Part shown: one piece after another, positions 51,561-64,000 of the stretch
Position numbering within the stretch: the stretch's first letter is position 1
How the letters are laid out: every line of letters begins with the position of its first letter
Assembly: GCA_973895155.1 (NCBI GenBank)
Contig: OZ316896.1
Location: forward strand, 16,182,576-16,246,575
Length of the DNA: 64,000 bases
Reading direction: 5' to 3'
From: Marsupella aquatica
Taxonomy: Eukaryota > Plantae > Marchantiophyta
The notes under the pieces: generated by a model
The model's database searches: none
What the model was told of the DNA's origin: nothing
The model's input: the letters and a program-made list of their open reading frames with translations, nothing else
Position numbers and translations under genes: made by a program

Positions 51561-51770
51561 GAGAAGATGATTTGTGATCAGCGATGGCGTTGAATTCCAC
51601 TTCCGACTGCTCTGTGTTCGGTACTGAAGTTCTTAAATGAAACAATCTTCGAGCGCACCACTGGTGATTCCGGAGAAGATGATTTATAATCAGCGATGGT
51701 GTTGAATTCCGCGTCCGTCTGCTCTCTTTTCTGTACTGGAGTTCGAAAATGAAACAATTTCCAAGCTCTC
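51561..51770. repeat. Diverged ~112-bp tandem duplication upstream of NRPB9
   Basis: gagaagatgattt..atcagcgatgg.gttgaattcc...gtactg.agttc..aaatgaaacaat occurs twice. Confidence 0.7.
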
Positions 51771-54700
51771 GTCAGAGTATAAGTTGAGCTTCGTGGGAAG
51801 TCTCCCCTCTAAGTGCACACTCCATAAGTGAAACCCCTGGATAACTGCAAGACATCCCGTTCTTCCCGTTTTTCCCCACTGAGTTTGCACCTTCTCTTAG
51901 TGTAGACAGGCCAAAAGACTTTCTCTAAACGACAAAAAATTAAGTACAAATCCCTGATAACTGTACATGCACACTTATGGGTAGGCACAAAAGTTAAGGG
52001 GTTTGCTCTAAAACCCCCATGGATTTCCAAAGCCGGTACGGACTAACTCAGTTTACAGTTTTTACTAAACAATGTGACCTGTAAACGTGATACTGACCAG
52101 TTGCAACTTGTTTCCATTTTTACATATAGGATAAGGCAGGTCTGGTTTGGGGTTGATAGTCTCTAACCCTGTGACCTAAAAGTGAAGAAAACCTGACTGG
52201 TGGCAGTGGGGAAGATTTTCTGAACTTCTTGGTGCAGGGTTCAAGTTCAAACCCCTGCCCAAACATGCATTATAGTAAGTACTTTCTGTCCAAAAAACAA
52301 TTACTTTGGGGCAACAGATTATGTGAGTAGCAAGGGTATCCAAAAATGTTTACATGCCAGTAACTTGCCTTCCTGACAGAATTTATGTTGTGGTAAGTCA
52401 GGGTTCACTTACAAACTAGTCAGGGTCTACTTCACAAAGTGAAATATCCTTCCTCAAAGCTTGATGGGACCCTTGCCAAAATTAGTTTGTGGACCCCTTG
52501 GCTAATAAAATCCGGGGGAAGAGTCGATCTGAGTCGTCTCCATTTCTTATCTCCGGAAATCTCGTCTGTCCATCATAATGGCCAATCTATGGCTCAAAAG
52601 AAAGATCTCAAATAGATCTATGGATGGGATCTGTCCGTTTTGCAAATGGGTTAATATTTTTCAAATGAAAAATTACACAAATCCAAGCCTTCCTAGCCGT
52701 CAATTTTGTTGATTTTATGATCTTTGCCGTCCATTTTGTAATGCCTCTAGAAATCTTATTCATCCATGTAGAAGGCAATCTAGGGTGCAAAAGAAAGATC
52801 TCAATGACATCTACGACTGGGTATTTTTTGTTTTGAGAATGAGTAAATAGTTTTGAGTATAAAATTTGATGAACTTTCAAGATTCCAGCCATTCCTCCTC
52901 CCCGATCCTGAGTTTCTATGTGCTCTTCCCAGCATTAATGACCGTACAATACGAGAGGTCGTTACATACCGGGAGTTGCGGTTTAACAAGGAAGTTATCA
53001 AGTTAGTTATTAGTCATTATTTATTATATGAAAAATACTTTTTATAAATCTTTGAATTTAAGTTTTAAAATTGGAAATGTAACTAAAACGGTTACATCGT
53101 GACAGTTTTTACCGTCTTGTTCTTTGTATTTCTAATGTTTTTATTTTTCTTTTTATGGCACGGCGTCCCAAAATTTACACCCAAATTGACACAAACACGA
53201 ATGAAAACTATAAGTTTGATTCACAAAACCGACGAGTCTTGTTTGTTGCGGTTGTTGTTGACGTGGCATGCTGTGGTGCCAGGAATTTTGGAAGGGACCT
53301 CTAGTGGGGTCCGTAACAAATTTTAGTGATAGGCCCCTACTAAATCTTTGTTACAAGCTAGGCCCCCCAACAAAAAGTTATTACCAACTAGGCCCCCTAC
53401 ATAGGTTCCATACACACGGTTCTTATGTGGTGCCTTAATGCATGGTCAACCGTATATTTCCCACTGCAATTGATTGCACATTGCGTTGCAGTCCACTGCG
53501 CATACATCTATGTTTGAAGACATAATGAGTTATGTTTTCACATGTCTTCACATGATTTTAGAGTATATCTATGCTTGAAGACATAATGGATTATGTGGTC
53601 ATATGATTATAGAATTTTAAGTGATCCACTATTATAGGGTAGTGGGTTCAGACAACATTTAGTCTAGTTCTTGCAGGCCATTGGTAGTTAATTTATAACA
53701 TTTGACAATTTTTCACTCGTCCGCAATCCAACAAATGACATCAAGAAAATCTGAAACTTTGCCACATAATAAATTGAACATCAGAGAACATGTTGGACAA
53801 GATTGAGCTTAAGAAAAGATATTCAAAAGTTGTCCAACTAAATGCATGTCTGATAAAAACTAGCGTTTTACAGTTGGTCACGCTGGTTGGAAAAACTACT
53901 TGGGGCGACTTCTCAAATTGAAACGTCATTTCAAAGATAGCCGGTTAGTGTCGATTTTGGGTGTAAAGTGAAGCAACATGAATCACAGTCTATGCAGATG
54001 GGCAAAGCAAGCCCCTCAGTCCATTAGGGCTTAGCTTCCGGGCAAGTACCCAATTCCATCAAACTACGCTCACTGATGAGTGCAGGGTAAGGGTTGAGCT
54101 TAAGTTCCCACGACAGAACTGACCACAAAGCTCAGTACTGATAGTGGGCCATAATTGCACTGTACAATTCTTGTGTGATCGGTGGAATTGCACATTTCTC
54201 TTGCTTGCTCAATTCAACATGGCAGCAAGTCACGGTATAAATTACACTTCCAAGGAGCTGAAGCAGGTTTGCTACAGTGTCCTTCATGTTTTGCAGGATC
54301 TGTGTGTTGGTGCTATGCAGGGGGCAGAGAAATTGGGATAGGATGACAGATGAGTATGAATGTGCAGGTATTGTGGTCTTCGAGCTCATAATTTGTGAGC
54401 CAAGTGCAATTGCACAGCAGGCCAATCTGGTTCAAACCATTGCAAGGGCGGTCCAAGAGCACAGTTTGTAAATGGGGTCTATTTTCAGGAATACCCTTGG
54501 AGAGAGAAACTTTTGAAGACCCGACACGTAGCAGATAAATATTGTGCCTCCACACTTTCCTGATTGTGAGTGAAAATCAACAGAAAGTTTCCAAAGTTGG
54601 AGATGCTCACTCAAGTGAAATGACCTGGTGTTGAGATTTAAATAAGTGAATTCCTTTTAAGGAATAATTATGGCCAATAACTTTCAGTAAAAATACAAAA

Positions 54701-56312
54701 GCAAAATCACAATGAGAGTTTACGCTCCCACGGACCACCATGGCTCCTTACTCAAAAGAAAAGACAACTCACATGTTTGTCTAAATACACAAGGGTTCCC
54801 ATGGACCACCATGTTTGGCAGGATATAAATTTTGTGTAGATGGGCACACTTTTGGATTTGAAAAACTGCTAGGTAAATCCGATACCACAATCTGGAAGTC
54901 CTAGTGCAGATGCAAATAGTTTCACTGTAACATTAGAGTTACTAATTTTATTTCATATCTAGACCCAGAAATTTATCCATACACAATTTGTGTTCATAAG
55001 ACTAAGGGCAGTCTCATGTCCAGTCTCCTTGAGTTTCCGGCCTGAACTGAACACCTGGCATGCCAACATTGAGTAAGATTTGTGTGCCTCAACCTCCTTC
55101 TTAGGCAGGCCTGACTGCATGGACTGCACACAAAGTGGAGACCTTATGGCAAAAATTGCACAGGCTTCCACAGTTCCCACGTACCAGGTTAAGCAAAGTG
55201 TGGAGATTTGGATATGCTCTTTACCAATACTTTTGGGAGTGCTAGTGGCTAGAAACTTGTGAGATGATACATGGAAGACTGCCCTAATTGAGGTGCACAG
55301 TGTAGTTTGCAACCTAGAGCTACTATACTCAGGCAAGTACTGTTCACTCTCACCAACATCACATGCCACTAGGGAGTGCATTTCAGCATGTAATGGCTCT
55401 AACCGCATTTGATTTTACTAGTCTGCATGACACAAGTTGCATGCAACGGTACCTCCTGCAAGATCAGGGGTTTCGAATGGAGGTTGTCGTCTTAAGTATA
55501 GTCCTCCTCCCTGATAATAAGATTGGTTAGTGCTTGACGATATTCTGCAACACAAAGGTTGTCAACGAATGTAGAACAGGATGGGGCAGCCAGGAGGAAT
55601 GTTTTAGAAGAAATCAAGCGTTATCAGATTTAGAGGCGAGAGTACAGGAACCACATGCCCATTTCTGGCCGATTTCTATGATCTGAGATGCCAAGCTGAA
55701 GTACTTAAAGGCAGGTTGCTGACAAACGCTATAGTTAATTACAACAAACATCTACTGTACTTTTCTCTGTGCAAGTTTGTGCATTCCTTTGGACGATTGG
55801 GGTTTTGTGAACCATACTCAGAAATCAATTCAATTAAGGACTAACAGTATTGGGGCAGGGTTCAATCCAGCTTATGTCGTACGTTCCCTAATGATGCTGG
55901 ACAGGTCTGCAGTGCTCAACTTCTCCTTGCATTTGGATTTTACGGTTTCCATTTCATGTCGACCTTCAACTTACTGGTTAGTGGAAATGCAACAATTGAA
56001 ACAGCTTTACTGAGGCGACAATAGAGACAAATTTATCAGAGGAAATGAGACACATCAACTCCCTAGAGTCCCTCTCCACAAGACCAGAGGAAATCCACGT
56101 AAAATCTTGAAAAATCACCTCAGTCGTCTCGTACATTTCTCAACTAATGTTATTTCCTATTGACGATCGGAAAACAATGAAGAACATCTAAACTACAATT
56201 TCATTATGCCTGGCCTCCATTAAATTAGTCCTTAGGATGAAGATTTTCATTCTAGCGCTGGCGCTTGAAACTCAGATTATTGTCATTTGATGGAGCCAAG
56301 CGTTGTGCCATC

Positions 56313-56487
56313 GCTGATGCCTTCATCTCTCAAATTCTGAACGGTTTCCAGCCCACTCGGAAAGATCAAACCTTGAGTGTTAGAAGTGAACGCCAAGTAG
56401 CTGACGCCTCCATCTCTCAATCCTGGAAAGATTTTCAGCCCACTCCGAAAGATCAAACCTTGAATTTGAAAGTGAACTCTAAGTAGC
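56313..56487. repeat. 87-bp tandem duplication
   Basis: gctga(t/c)gcct(t/c)catctctcaa...cagcccactc(g/c)gaaagatcaaaccttga...aagtgaac occurs twice. Confidence 0.75.
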
Positions 56488-57590
56488 TAATCCATCGCTG
56501 ACAACGACAACCTAATTGGTCAAGTGCATACCCCAAACAAAAATGCAAGCGAGTACAATAGATGCGGGGAATTGTCGAAGGAAACTCTGACACGAATCTG
56601 TGTTCGCAATAAAGACTATACACACTTTTGCAGTAACTTATTTTCGGCTTTCGGCTTTAGTGGTACAATCGGGTGCAAAAAAACGACCGAGTCTGATGCA
56701 CGACGCTCAGTAGCAAAGTTGGAAGGCTTCAATCACTGCTTGGACATGTCAACCTAGACTTTGGAAAGCTTCCAAGAAGGATTGATGAGATATCCGCACC
56801 ATGATAAGCATGGGCTGCTCAATCTTTTGATTCGTGCACCGAGCATAGAGCTTTCCGGAATATTCTCAAAACTGCATTTTTTCTTTCTTTGGAAGGTACT
56901 TGTAACTGCTCAGCATATATAACTCGTCCATACATCCAAAACTACTTGTGCAATTCAGGTGACACCACAGTAACTTCTTATCCACTATGGTACTACAAAC
57001 TCCCCACAATGTCAGCGTTTACAAAGGTGCATGTGGTATTTGCAACAAGTTGCGTTCCCATAGCTTGAAGGCTACAAAAGAAAACCCACTGTACATCACA
57101 GCTCATTTAAAATTTGTTGGGTTCAAGAACCCGAAGCCACATGGACACCACTGGTTGACAAACGCTAACATAATCCTACTACTCATACAGAAGGTTCTAC
57201 TGTTGTCTGTGCCTAGCCTGTTTTAATTTGTCCATACGTAGCTATTGTAATGGGGCCATTGTGCTACTATATCGGAGACTGCACGACTCTCCGAAGAAAA
57301 TTTCCTCGAAGAAGGTGCTTTCGAAGTTTCATGTACAAAAGCACTGCCGAGCTGTCCTCGGGACATTGAGCAAACTTCGCGGACAGTTCTCTCTTGAGGA
57401 ATGCAGCAAAACAATTCTGCCGGGACAACTGAACGGAGTAGAAAAACATTTCCGAATCGAACTTAAAATTCTTGCTTTCGTCGCAGCTTTCAATTTCAGT
57501 ATCTACAGGACCTCTACCTGGTGATGGAGTCAACTTGACACCAGCAATGATCGGGTCTCTAATTGACCGGACATTTCTTGTCTTTGAAAC

Positions 57591-58416
57591 TTAAGCGGAA
57601 GCGGCCTGACGTACATCTTCTGAGGATGCAGAAGACTTTGCTTTCTTGTCCTTATAGTCTCTTACAGCTGCCTTGATGGCATCCTCGGCCAACATACTGC
57701 AGTGCAACTTTACTGGTGGCAGAGAAAGATGCTTTGCGATATCACTGCCACAAAACAACAAAGAGATGAACGGTATGAGACACACAGTACGACAACACGA
57801 GACAACTCTCTCTCAAAGACAGGCATCTGAGACGAAATCAGACCTGAATTCACATGCAACACTCTAATGAACAGATCCCATCATGTGAAGTCCTAAGAAA
57901 CCAATGAACAACTGGAGATCACTCACCTGTTCTTGATTGTCAGCACCTCCGCCATGGGCTTTCCCTTGATCCACTCAGTGGCTGCAGAGGTCCCGTTACA
58001 GCCGAAAGTTAGGGCTACGGATTATAACAATGAATTACAGATGGAAACCCAAAAAAGCAATCCCAACCACAACCACAAACTCTTCAACTCGGGAACAAGG
58101 AAAGCCATGCGTACGTACCAACAGAAGAGGAGGCGATGGCCGAGCCACACCCAAAGGTCTTGAAACAAGAATCCACGATATTCCCGTCATCATCGACCTT
58201 AATCTGCAGCTTCATCACATCCCCGCAGGCCGGAGCACCAACGAGACCAGTTCCAACATTGGGATCGTTCTTATCGAAAGATCCGACGTTTCGTGGGTTG
58301 TTGTAATGCTCCACCACCTTCTCATGATACGCGCGCTTTAATTGAATCAAAGCGCCATTTACATTCCCCGCACCTCCGGCGGTGCTCGTCACCCGCCTTG
58401 CAATCTGAGCCAACAT
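57591..58416 (-). CDS. ISU1: Mitochondrial iron-sulfur cluster scaffold protein (IscU/ISU), 168 aa
   Basis: Exons 58416-58119, 57981-57927 and 57744-57591. Motifs YHEKVVEHYNNPRNVGS, GAPACGDVMKLQI, FKTFGCGSAIASSS and LSLPPVKLHCSMLAEDAIKAA. Arg-rich presequence. Predicted 5'-UTR intron at 58683-58440. Confidence 0.96.
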
Positions 58417-58841
58417 GACGCCGGTGTGGTCGCTAGAACCTGTCAGCGACAAACGAACAATTGCCCGGAAGCACAACAAGAGCCAAAACACAATCAGAAA
58501 TCTCCTTCAAAACTCAGGCATCCAGCCAGTAACTGGCCAAACCACAGGCATGAATAAAACCCTAAGGAGATTCACATGAATGCAAATCAGCCGAAGTATC
58601 GATACATCCGAGTTTCCCCCGCCCCACAGCAAGGGCCGAGAATTGGCAATTGATTTTCGTCTCCTAAGAGAAAAGAGACTCACTGCCTCAGGAGTCTGAA
58701 GCGGCAGCCTGAGAAGCTCTCCGCCAGTCTCAGAGGGTCTCCGCCAAGTAAAACAGCAGAAGAAGGAGAAGGGGAAGGAGGATAATCGAGGGGCGAAGAA
58801 GCTTGCCAAGCCCTAACAACCTTATCCGCTTGCTTGCTTCG

Positions 58842-59084
58842 CTAAGACCGGGAGAAGTCGGAGTCGAAGGCGAATGGGGAAGCGGGGCGCAGGAAAAACG
58901 CGAACACGGAGCAGAAGAGGCAGAAGAAGAGCACGGACAAGTACACGAAGCCGAACCAGAGCACGAAGGAGACGTTGAGCAGGACCCAGAATGACAGGAA
59001 GCTCCACGAGTTCACCGGCAGTCCGTCGCAGATCGAATTGAGAACCAGAAACAACGACGAGAAGGTCGCGACGTCAGCCAGCAG
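58842..59084 (-). CDS. Candidate non-AUG (CUG)-initiated 80-aa hydrophobic uORF or micropeptide in the ISU1 leader
   Basis: Open frame LLADVATFSSLFLVLNSICDGLPVNSWSFLSFWVLLNVSFVLWFGFVYLSVLFFCLFCSVFAFFLRPASPFAFDSDFSRS*. Most codons end in C or G. No ATG in frame or anywhere in 58684-59416 on the minus strand. The start codon is inferred. Confidence 0.5.
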   Translation of the reverse strand: MLADVATFSSLFLVLNSICDGLPVNSWSFLSFWVLLNVSFVLWFGFVYLSVLFFCLFCSVFAFFLRPASPFAFDSDFSRS

Positions 59085-59099
59085 TTCGCTCTGCTTGAT

Positions 59100-59163
59100 T
59101 GCCTGCCTGCTTGCTTGCTTGCTTCCTTCCTTCCTTCGTTCCTTCCTTCCTTCCTTCCTTCCT
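59100..59163. repeat. Compound tetranucleotide microsatellite (GGAA)n(GCAA)n(GCAG)n on the minus strand
   Basis: tgcc/ttgc/ttcc runs immediately 5' of the candidate uORF. Confidence 0.85.
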
Positions 59164-62100
59164 TTTTCTCTCAAATTCGATCCAAAATCCCAAATCCAAA
59201 ACCCCCCAAATCGTATTTCGTTTCGTGCAGTTCCAGCAGCACTGGTTCAATGCGTGAAACAATCAATCACACCTCAAATCCGAGCAATTCACTTCAGCGA
59301 ATCGATCAGTACTCGAATCAGATCAGCCTCCGCAGCAAAACAGGGGAGAGCAGAAGAAGAAGAGAACACAGAGAGATTGCGGGGAAAACAAGAGGAGAGG
59401 AGAGGAGAGGAGAGGACATTAGAGGCGGAAAGCATTAGAGGGAGAGGGCGACGTTCTTTGAGGGTGGAGGGGGCAGGGGGCGGAAACCCGGAGGGTAAGG
59501 CAAAGACACCTTTTGACGTGGCCACTTTTGTACCTTCTCGACGCCGCTTGTCTTGTCGACGAGGGCCCCCCGGACAAGAGTGGTCCTTCTATTCTATTCG
59601 AGTATCACTTTTATCGATATGGAAGAACCAAAACCCTTTATTAATTAAGTACAAGAAGGGCCCAAAGTACAATGAAGGGAAAGTCGAGTCACTCCAGCTC
59701 CAAATTCTCCAAATCTCGGGACACTGGAAGGTGGACATAATTTACAAAAGCGCCAAACAAAGTCCAATGAAGGGAAGCAAATTAGGTCCAAAGAGAGCAA
59801 ACACTAAAACAATTTATAGTCTTATAGTCGTCAATCACTTACTGTGGGTACTAGTGTGCCCAGACTTGTCCCCCTAGACTACATTCCTGTCCCAATTGCA
59901 GATTTAGTTAAAACACTGTATGTGGGCCATTATCTCTTGTCACATTTGTTTTAGATGTGGACCTTAGTCCATCCCACTAGTTAAGAATTAAAATATATAT
60001 TCCCCTTTTTTCTTTTCTTTTTCTTTAGAGGCACACTTGCCCTTCTTTTTCTTGTTTGGTGTTTGTCCTCTTTGGAACTCTTTCACTTTCCCTCATCGGA
60101 CTTTGTTTTTCCCCTTTTTTTACAACGTATGGTTCTTTGTTAATTAAAAGAAGAGGCAAATGAAACCCCCACAAATTTAGGAAGAGAACAAATAGGGACA
60201 GCTACCCACTGCAATAGTGTGATGAACCATAGTTCACATCTAACAGAAAAATGTTAGGAGCTAATGGTCCACATCTAGCACCTAACTAAAGTGAGACATG
60301 GATGTACTCTAATGGGACAAGACTTTGTGTAGGCCCCAGAGTGAGTGATTTACAATAGATTGTCTGAGCTTGAGCACATTATAATGTCACTGAAAGTTGC
60401 CAACGCCAACTAAAGTGCATAGTCAAAACACATAGTGGTAGTTATAAACTGTAAACTTGCTTACCTGAGTGAACAATGGCAGTTGAATTGTTTTAATTTA
60501 TCTTGACTAGTATGCAATGTTGCTCTTTCTTTTTCTCAGTTCTGTTTACTCAATGTTATCTGGATATTTTAACCAAAGTATCTAAACTAGTATGCAAGTT
60601 GGATGTTTCTTTCTCAAGTCTATTTACTAAATGTGATTCAGGCAGGAAGTCTTATGGTGAATTTTCATAAGCATGACAGGGGCGTAGATTCTTCCCCCAG
60701 GAAAAATATGAGCAAAAATAAAAACCAATCCACAAAAACCCTGTACCCATTATTATATGCATTGACATGTTTATGATCCCTTGTTGAATATATATTCCAA
60801 AAAATGTGTTTCCAAAGTAGGAGTTTTAAGTACTTTAGTATAAGTAATAGCCCAACCGGGCTAAAACTAGAATTCATGTGTTCCTCATTTAAATTATATC
60901 CAATGAGTGATTCCCAGGGGGGCACTCTCCCCACAACTCTAACACTCCTTGTAATCAAGCTGCCAGGCCAACTAATCATCTCCATGTAGCGTCTGCCGCC
61001 TGGCCACCTCACTTATGCTCAAAATCACTTATTAAGGACTATACTATGCAACGAATGGGCTAATTTATCAATAAAATGCATTTCATTGCACCCCAAAGCA
61101 AGTCGCAGCTGATGGACCTTGCAATAAAGATGTACCTCGGATCGATGTCCCTCACCTGCTTTATAGTCACAAGGAGAGAAAAAGACATGAGGGGCTACCC
61201 AATTGAGCTGGGGACATCTTGAACCACTCTTCCTTTGGGCATTAAAAAATTCTCAAATGCAATTGGAATCAATGGTCATTAGTTGCCCTTTTAACACTTA
61301 AAGTGGAGCTTGAGACCTTGAGTTGTTGTTGAGAAATCAGCTCAAAAGATGATCATCCACAATCATCCACTAGACTGGGTTTTACTGTACGAGAATGTTA
61401 GTCCTCATTAAATGATACCTTTTGTAAATACCTAGATCACGCCCATTTACTGTAGGTTGCGGGACCCTACCTGAATTTATGCTTTCGGACAATAATACTT
61501 AATAATATTGACCACGGCAACTTGTGATGTAAGCTTTGGTTCTCCACCACATGATTGCACCTTTACTAAGTACTCTCGATGTCACACGTCGAATAGATGG
61601 ATTCGTTTAGGTGGTGGAATGGGACTGTCTTCCACATAGAACATGGGGTTTACTCACTACATTTGCTTTAATGTAATCTCTTAGGAGTAGCTATAGGGGG
61701 TCAATTTGGAGTCCCTGTGCCACACATTGGGCACACTCCAATGTGTGCTAATCCTCAGCTTTTGAGGTGCCTGAGCAGGGTGCAGCCTTTATGGCCCACC
61801 CATCACGCACAAAACACAAGACAATCTGTTTTATGCTTTGTTTTGACCTGATTTGACTGTAAGTTTTGAGAACAGTGAGGTAATTTGTCAACTCTGGAAT
61901 CTTTTCTGTCATCCACTTTGCAGGGGAAAAAGCTATGTTCTGAAATTCTACCATGTCAATTACTATACAAGCGATGAAACATGAAATTATATGGGAGGAC
62001 GATTGAAATTTTAAGGGTGATGATTAATGCCTTCAATGTAAGAATAAAGGCATGCAAAATTTTAAAACTTTCGATTCCACAACAAAAATAATGATCTCAG

Positions 62101-62829
62101 CCAAAGAGGAAAAAGAAATGTTCAATCCAAAGTGCCCAGAAGACATCCCTCAGTACCTGAACACTCAATTTGAACAAGAGAAAGACCTCTTGACCTCCAA
62201 GAATGTAACAATTTTGTCGAAGGACAAAACAAGGGAAAAACCACAATTCTACACTTGCAATGCAATAGAGCCAATGAGTTGCTTAACATTTTGAGTGTCG
62301 TCCTTCTCAAAATGAGTTGGATAAGGACTTTGCAGTCAAGTTGAACTTGTTCCACCTGTTCAGCTTATTAATTCCTAGAAGTTCCTCCAGTTGGGGCAAA
62401 GTGGGTATTTTAAGCTACATGAGGGAATGTCAAAAAGGTGTTCCGTGGCGGTTTTACAAGACTGGAATGCTGCGGGCTGGGTCGAGAGCTGAAAATCTGT
62501 GGTTCCAAAAAATTGCTACCACCACTAACTTGGGTGGTCAGTGCACCGGCATCCACACCAAAAATTGGTCTGTGCAATGTGTCAGCGGCTTTCAGAAGAA
62601 CAGCCAAATTTAAAAACAACAAGTATTTACTTGTCCGTGGGCTGTTGTTGTCAATTGTCTCAAAATGAAAACCCCCTGGGTTAAGTTTGCACAGGGTAGT
62701 GGACACAAATTTTTGTGCAACTACTCACCAAACAGAAAAGGGGAAACAGCCACCTGAGACCCCCTATATTTCAACAGGAAACAAATTTCAAAAAGTTGGA
62801 ATTCATTATTCCCAACTAATTGTCACTAG

Positions 62830-64000
62830 AAGCTAGAGTTCGGGTCTACAATTCTAGAGTGAAGTCTCTAGCCCATGACTCTAGGGGTGCAATGGATGTC
62901 TGGTGGCAGCCCTTGGCCCTCCCGCTCTCTGGCAAGGATCACATTGCTTGATAAACTGGTGTACATCCTTGTGTAAGGTTTGCCACCAGTAGCCTCCATC
63001 AAAATTTATGTGGATGGAAAGAAGAAGGAGATATTTGTTGTCAAAATGATAATCATGCATGATAATTTAGGTCATCTTACTAGTACATAGGTTACTTTAA
63101 AGGCCTACTATTTAGGATGAAGTCTTTGGAAAGTAACTCCCAATAAGGACAAAACTGAAATTGAAGGTGGACAAAAAGCAGAGATGGAACCAAAGATGAA
63201 GTAAAGTGACATAGATTCTAAATAAAGACAAAACTGCAATGAGGATGGACAAAAAACATGGATGAGACAAAGATGTACAAGAAATAACATAGAATATTTT
63301 CTTTTATTTTTGGTTGTCATATTTATCTGCCTTCAAGGAACCACTTATAGGGTGTGATGCAAAGCTGCTTTCTAGGGCTACCATCTAGAGTGAAGCCTCT
63401 AGCCCGTAACTCTCAATGATGGACATAAAAGACTCTGACTAAATAAGGACAAAGTTGAAAATGAGAATGGACTAAAATGAGGGGAGACAAACTAAATACA
63501 GGGATGAGGGCAAAGATGAAAAAGAAATAACATAGAATGTTTTTTTTTTGTAAAATACATTTATCTTCATTTCTATTTACTTGAACAGGTAGTCGGGCTA
63601 GTCTTTTCTATTCATCTTACTTATAGAGCGCAAAGGGGAAGCTAGAGTGAGGGTCTAGGTTTCTAGAGTGAGGGTATATTATGTACAATCTACAACTATA
63701 ATAAGGGATCCCACATTTCTTGTCCTTTGTCCCAATACCAAAAAGCTCCTGGGCGGGAAAGATCCATAGCCGTTGGATTCGAGTAGCTGTTTTTCCTGAC
63801 CATTGATAGAGGAAATGTGCACCCCTGACACATATGTGCTTTCCACTGCCCCATAAATACCCCGACCCAACTTGCTATGGGCTGGCCCTCCTTGCACAGT
63901 ACAATGCATTGGCATAGGGCTAGTCTTTAACTATAATAAGGGATCTTGCCTATTTTTGTCCTTTGTCCCAATACAAAAATGTTCCCAAGTGAGAAATATC
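62830..64000. repeat. Degenerate repeat-rich region, probably a transposon remnant
   Basis: Recurrent tctagagtga motifs; duplicated blocks ~63140-63330 / 63440-63570 and ~63694-63745 / 63929-63985. Confidence 0.45.

Noticed and set aside
51561-51640. Possible box C/D snoRNA (AAGATGA...CTGA)
   Set aside because: Box C is imperfect, the second copy lacks CTGA, and no rRNA guide sequence was recognised.
54350-54471. Weak kinase C-lobe-like peptide (GIVVFELII...NLVQ)
   Set aside because: Too short, and no other kinase motifs nearby.
54596-54608. GTTGGAGATGCTC, a 13-bp match to the PIF right TIR
   Set aside because: 38 kb from the left TIR, not followed by TAA/TTA, and similarity does not extend; chance or an unrelated remnant.
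58975-59877. 300-aa plus-strand ORF
   Set aside because: TTG start, runs through microsatellites and the ISU1 promoter/leader on the antisense strand, and has no recognisable domain.

Overview
Eukaryotic nuclear DNA from a land plant, probably a non-seed plant (inferred from protein style and compact GT-AG introns). Host genes reconstructed from the sequence: an intronless 795-aa Ser/Pro-rich repeat protein with a C-terminal membrane anchor, a 5-exon archaeal-type (ApgM) cofactor-independent phosphoglycerate mutase, a 4-exon plastid-targeted gene with three in-frame stops, a 3-exon 76-aa basic protein missed by the ORF track, an intronless DUF212 gene, NRPB9 and ISU1. Transposable elements: a Mutator-like element, a decayed PIF/Harbinger, a full-length decayed Ty1/Copia carrying a nested MITE and a nested solo LTR, and two further solo LTRs. 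There are also several tandem arrays. The most interesting signal is an AUG-less, strongly codon-biased 80-codon hydrophobic ORF with a CxxC motif in the spliced 5' leader of ISU1. It is a candidate CUG-initiated uORF or bicistronic membrane micropeptide linked to the Fe-S scaffold gene. All coordinates were counted by eye and may be off by a few bases; family names come from recalled motifs, not database searches.
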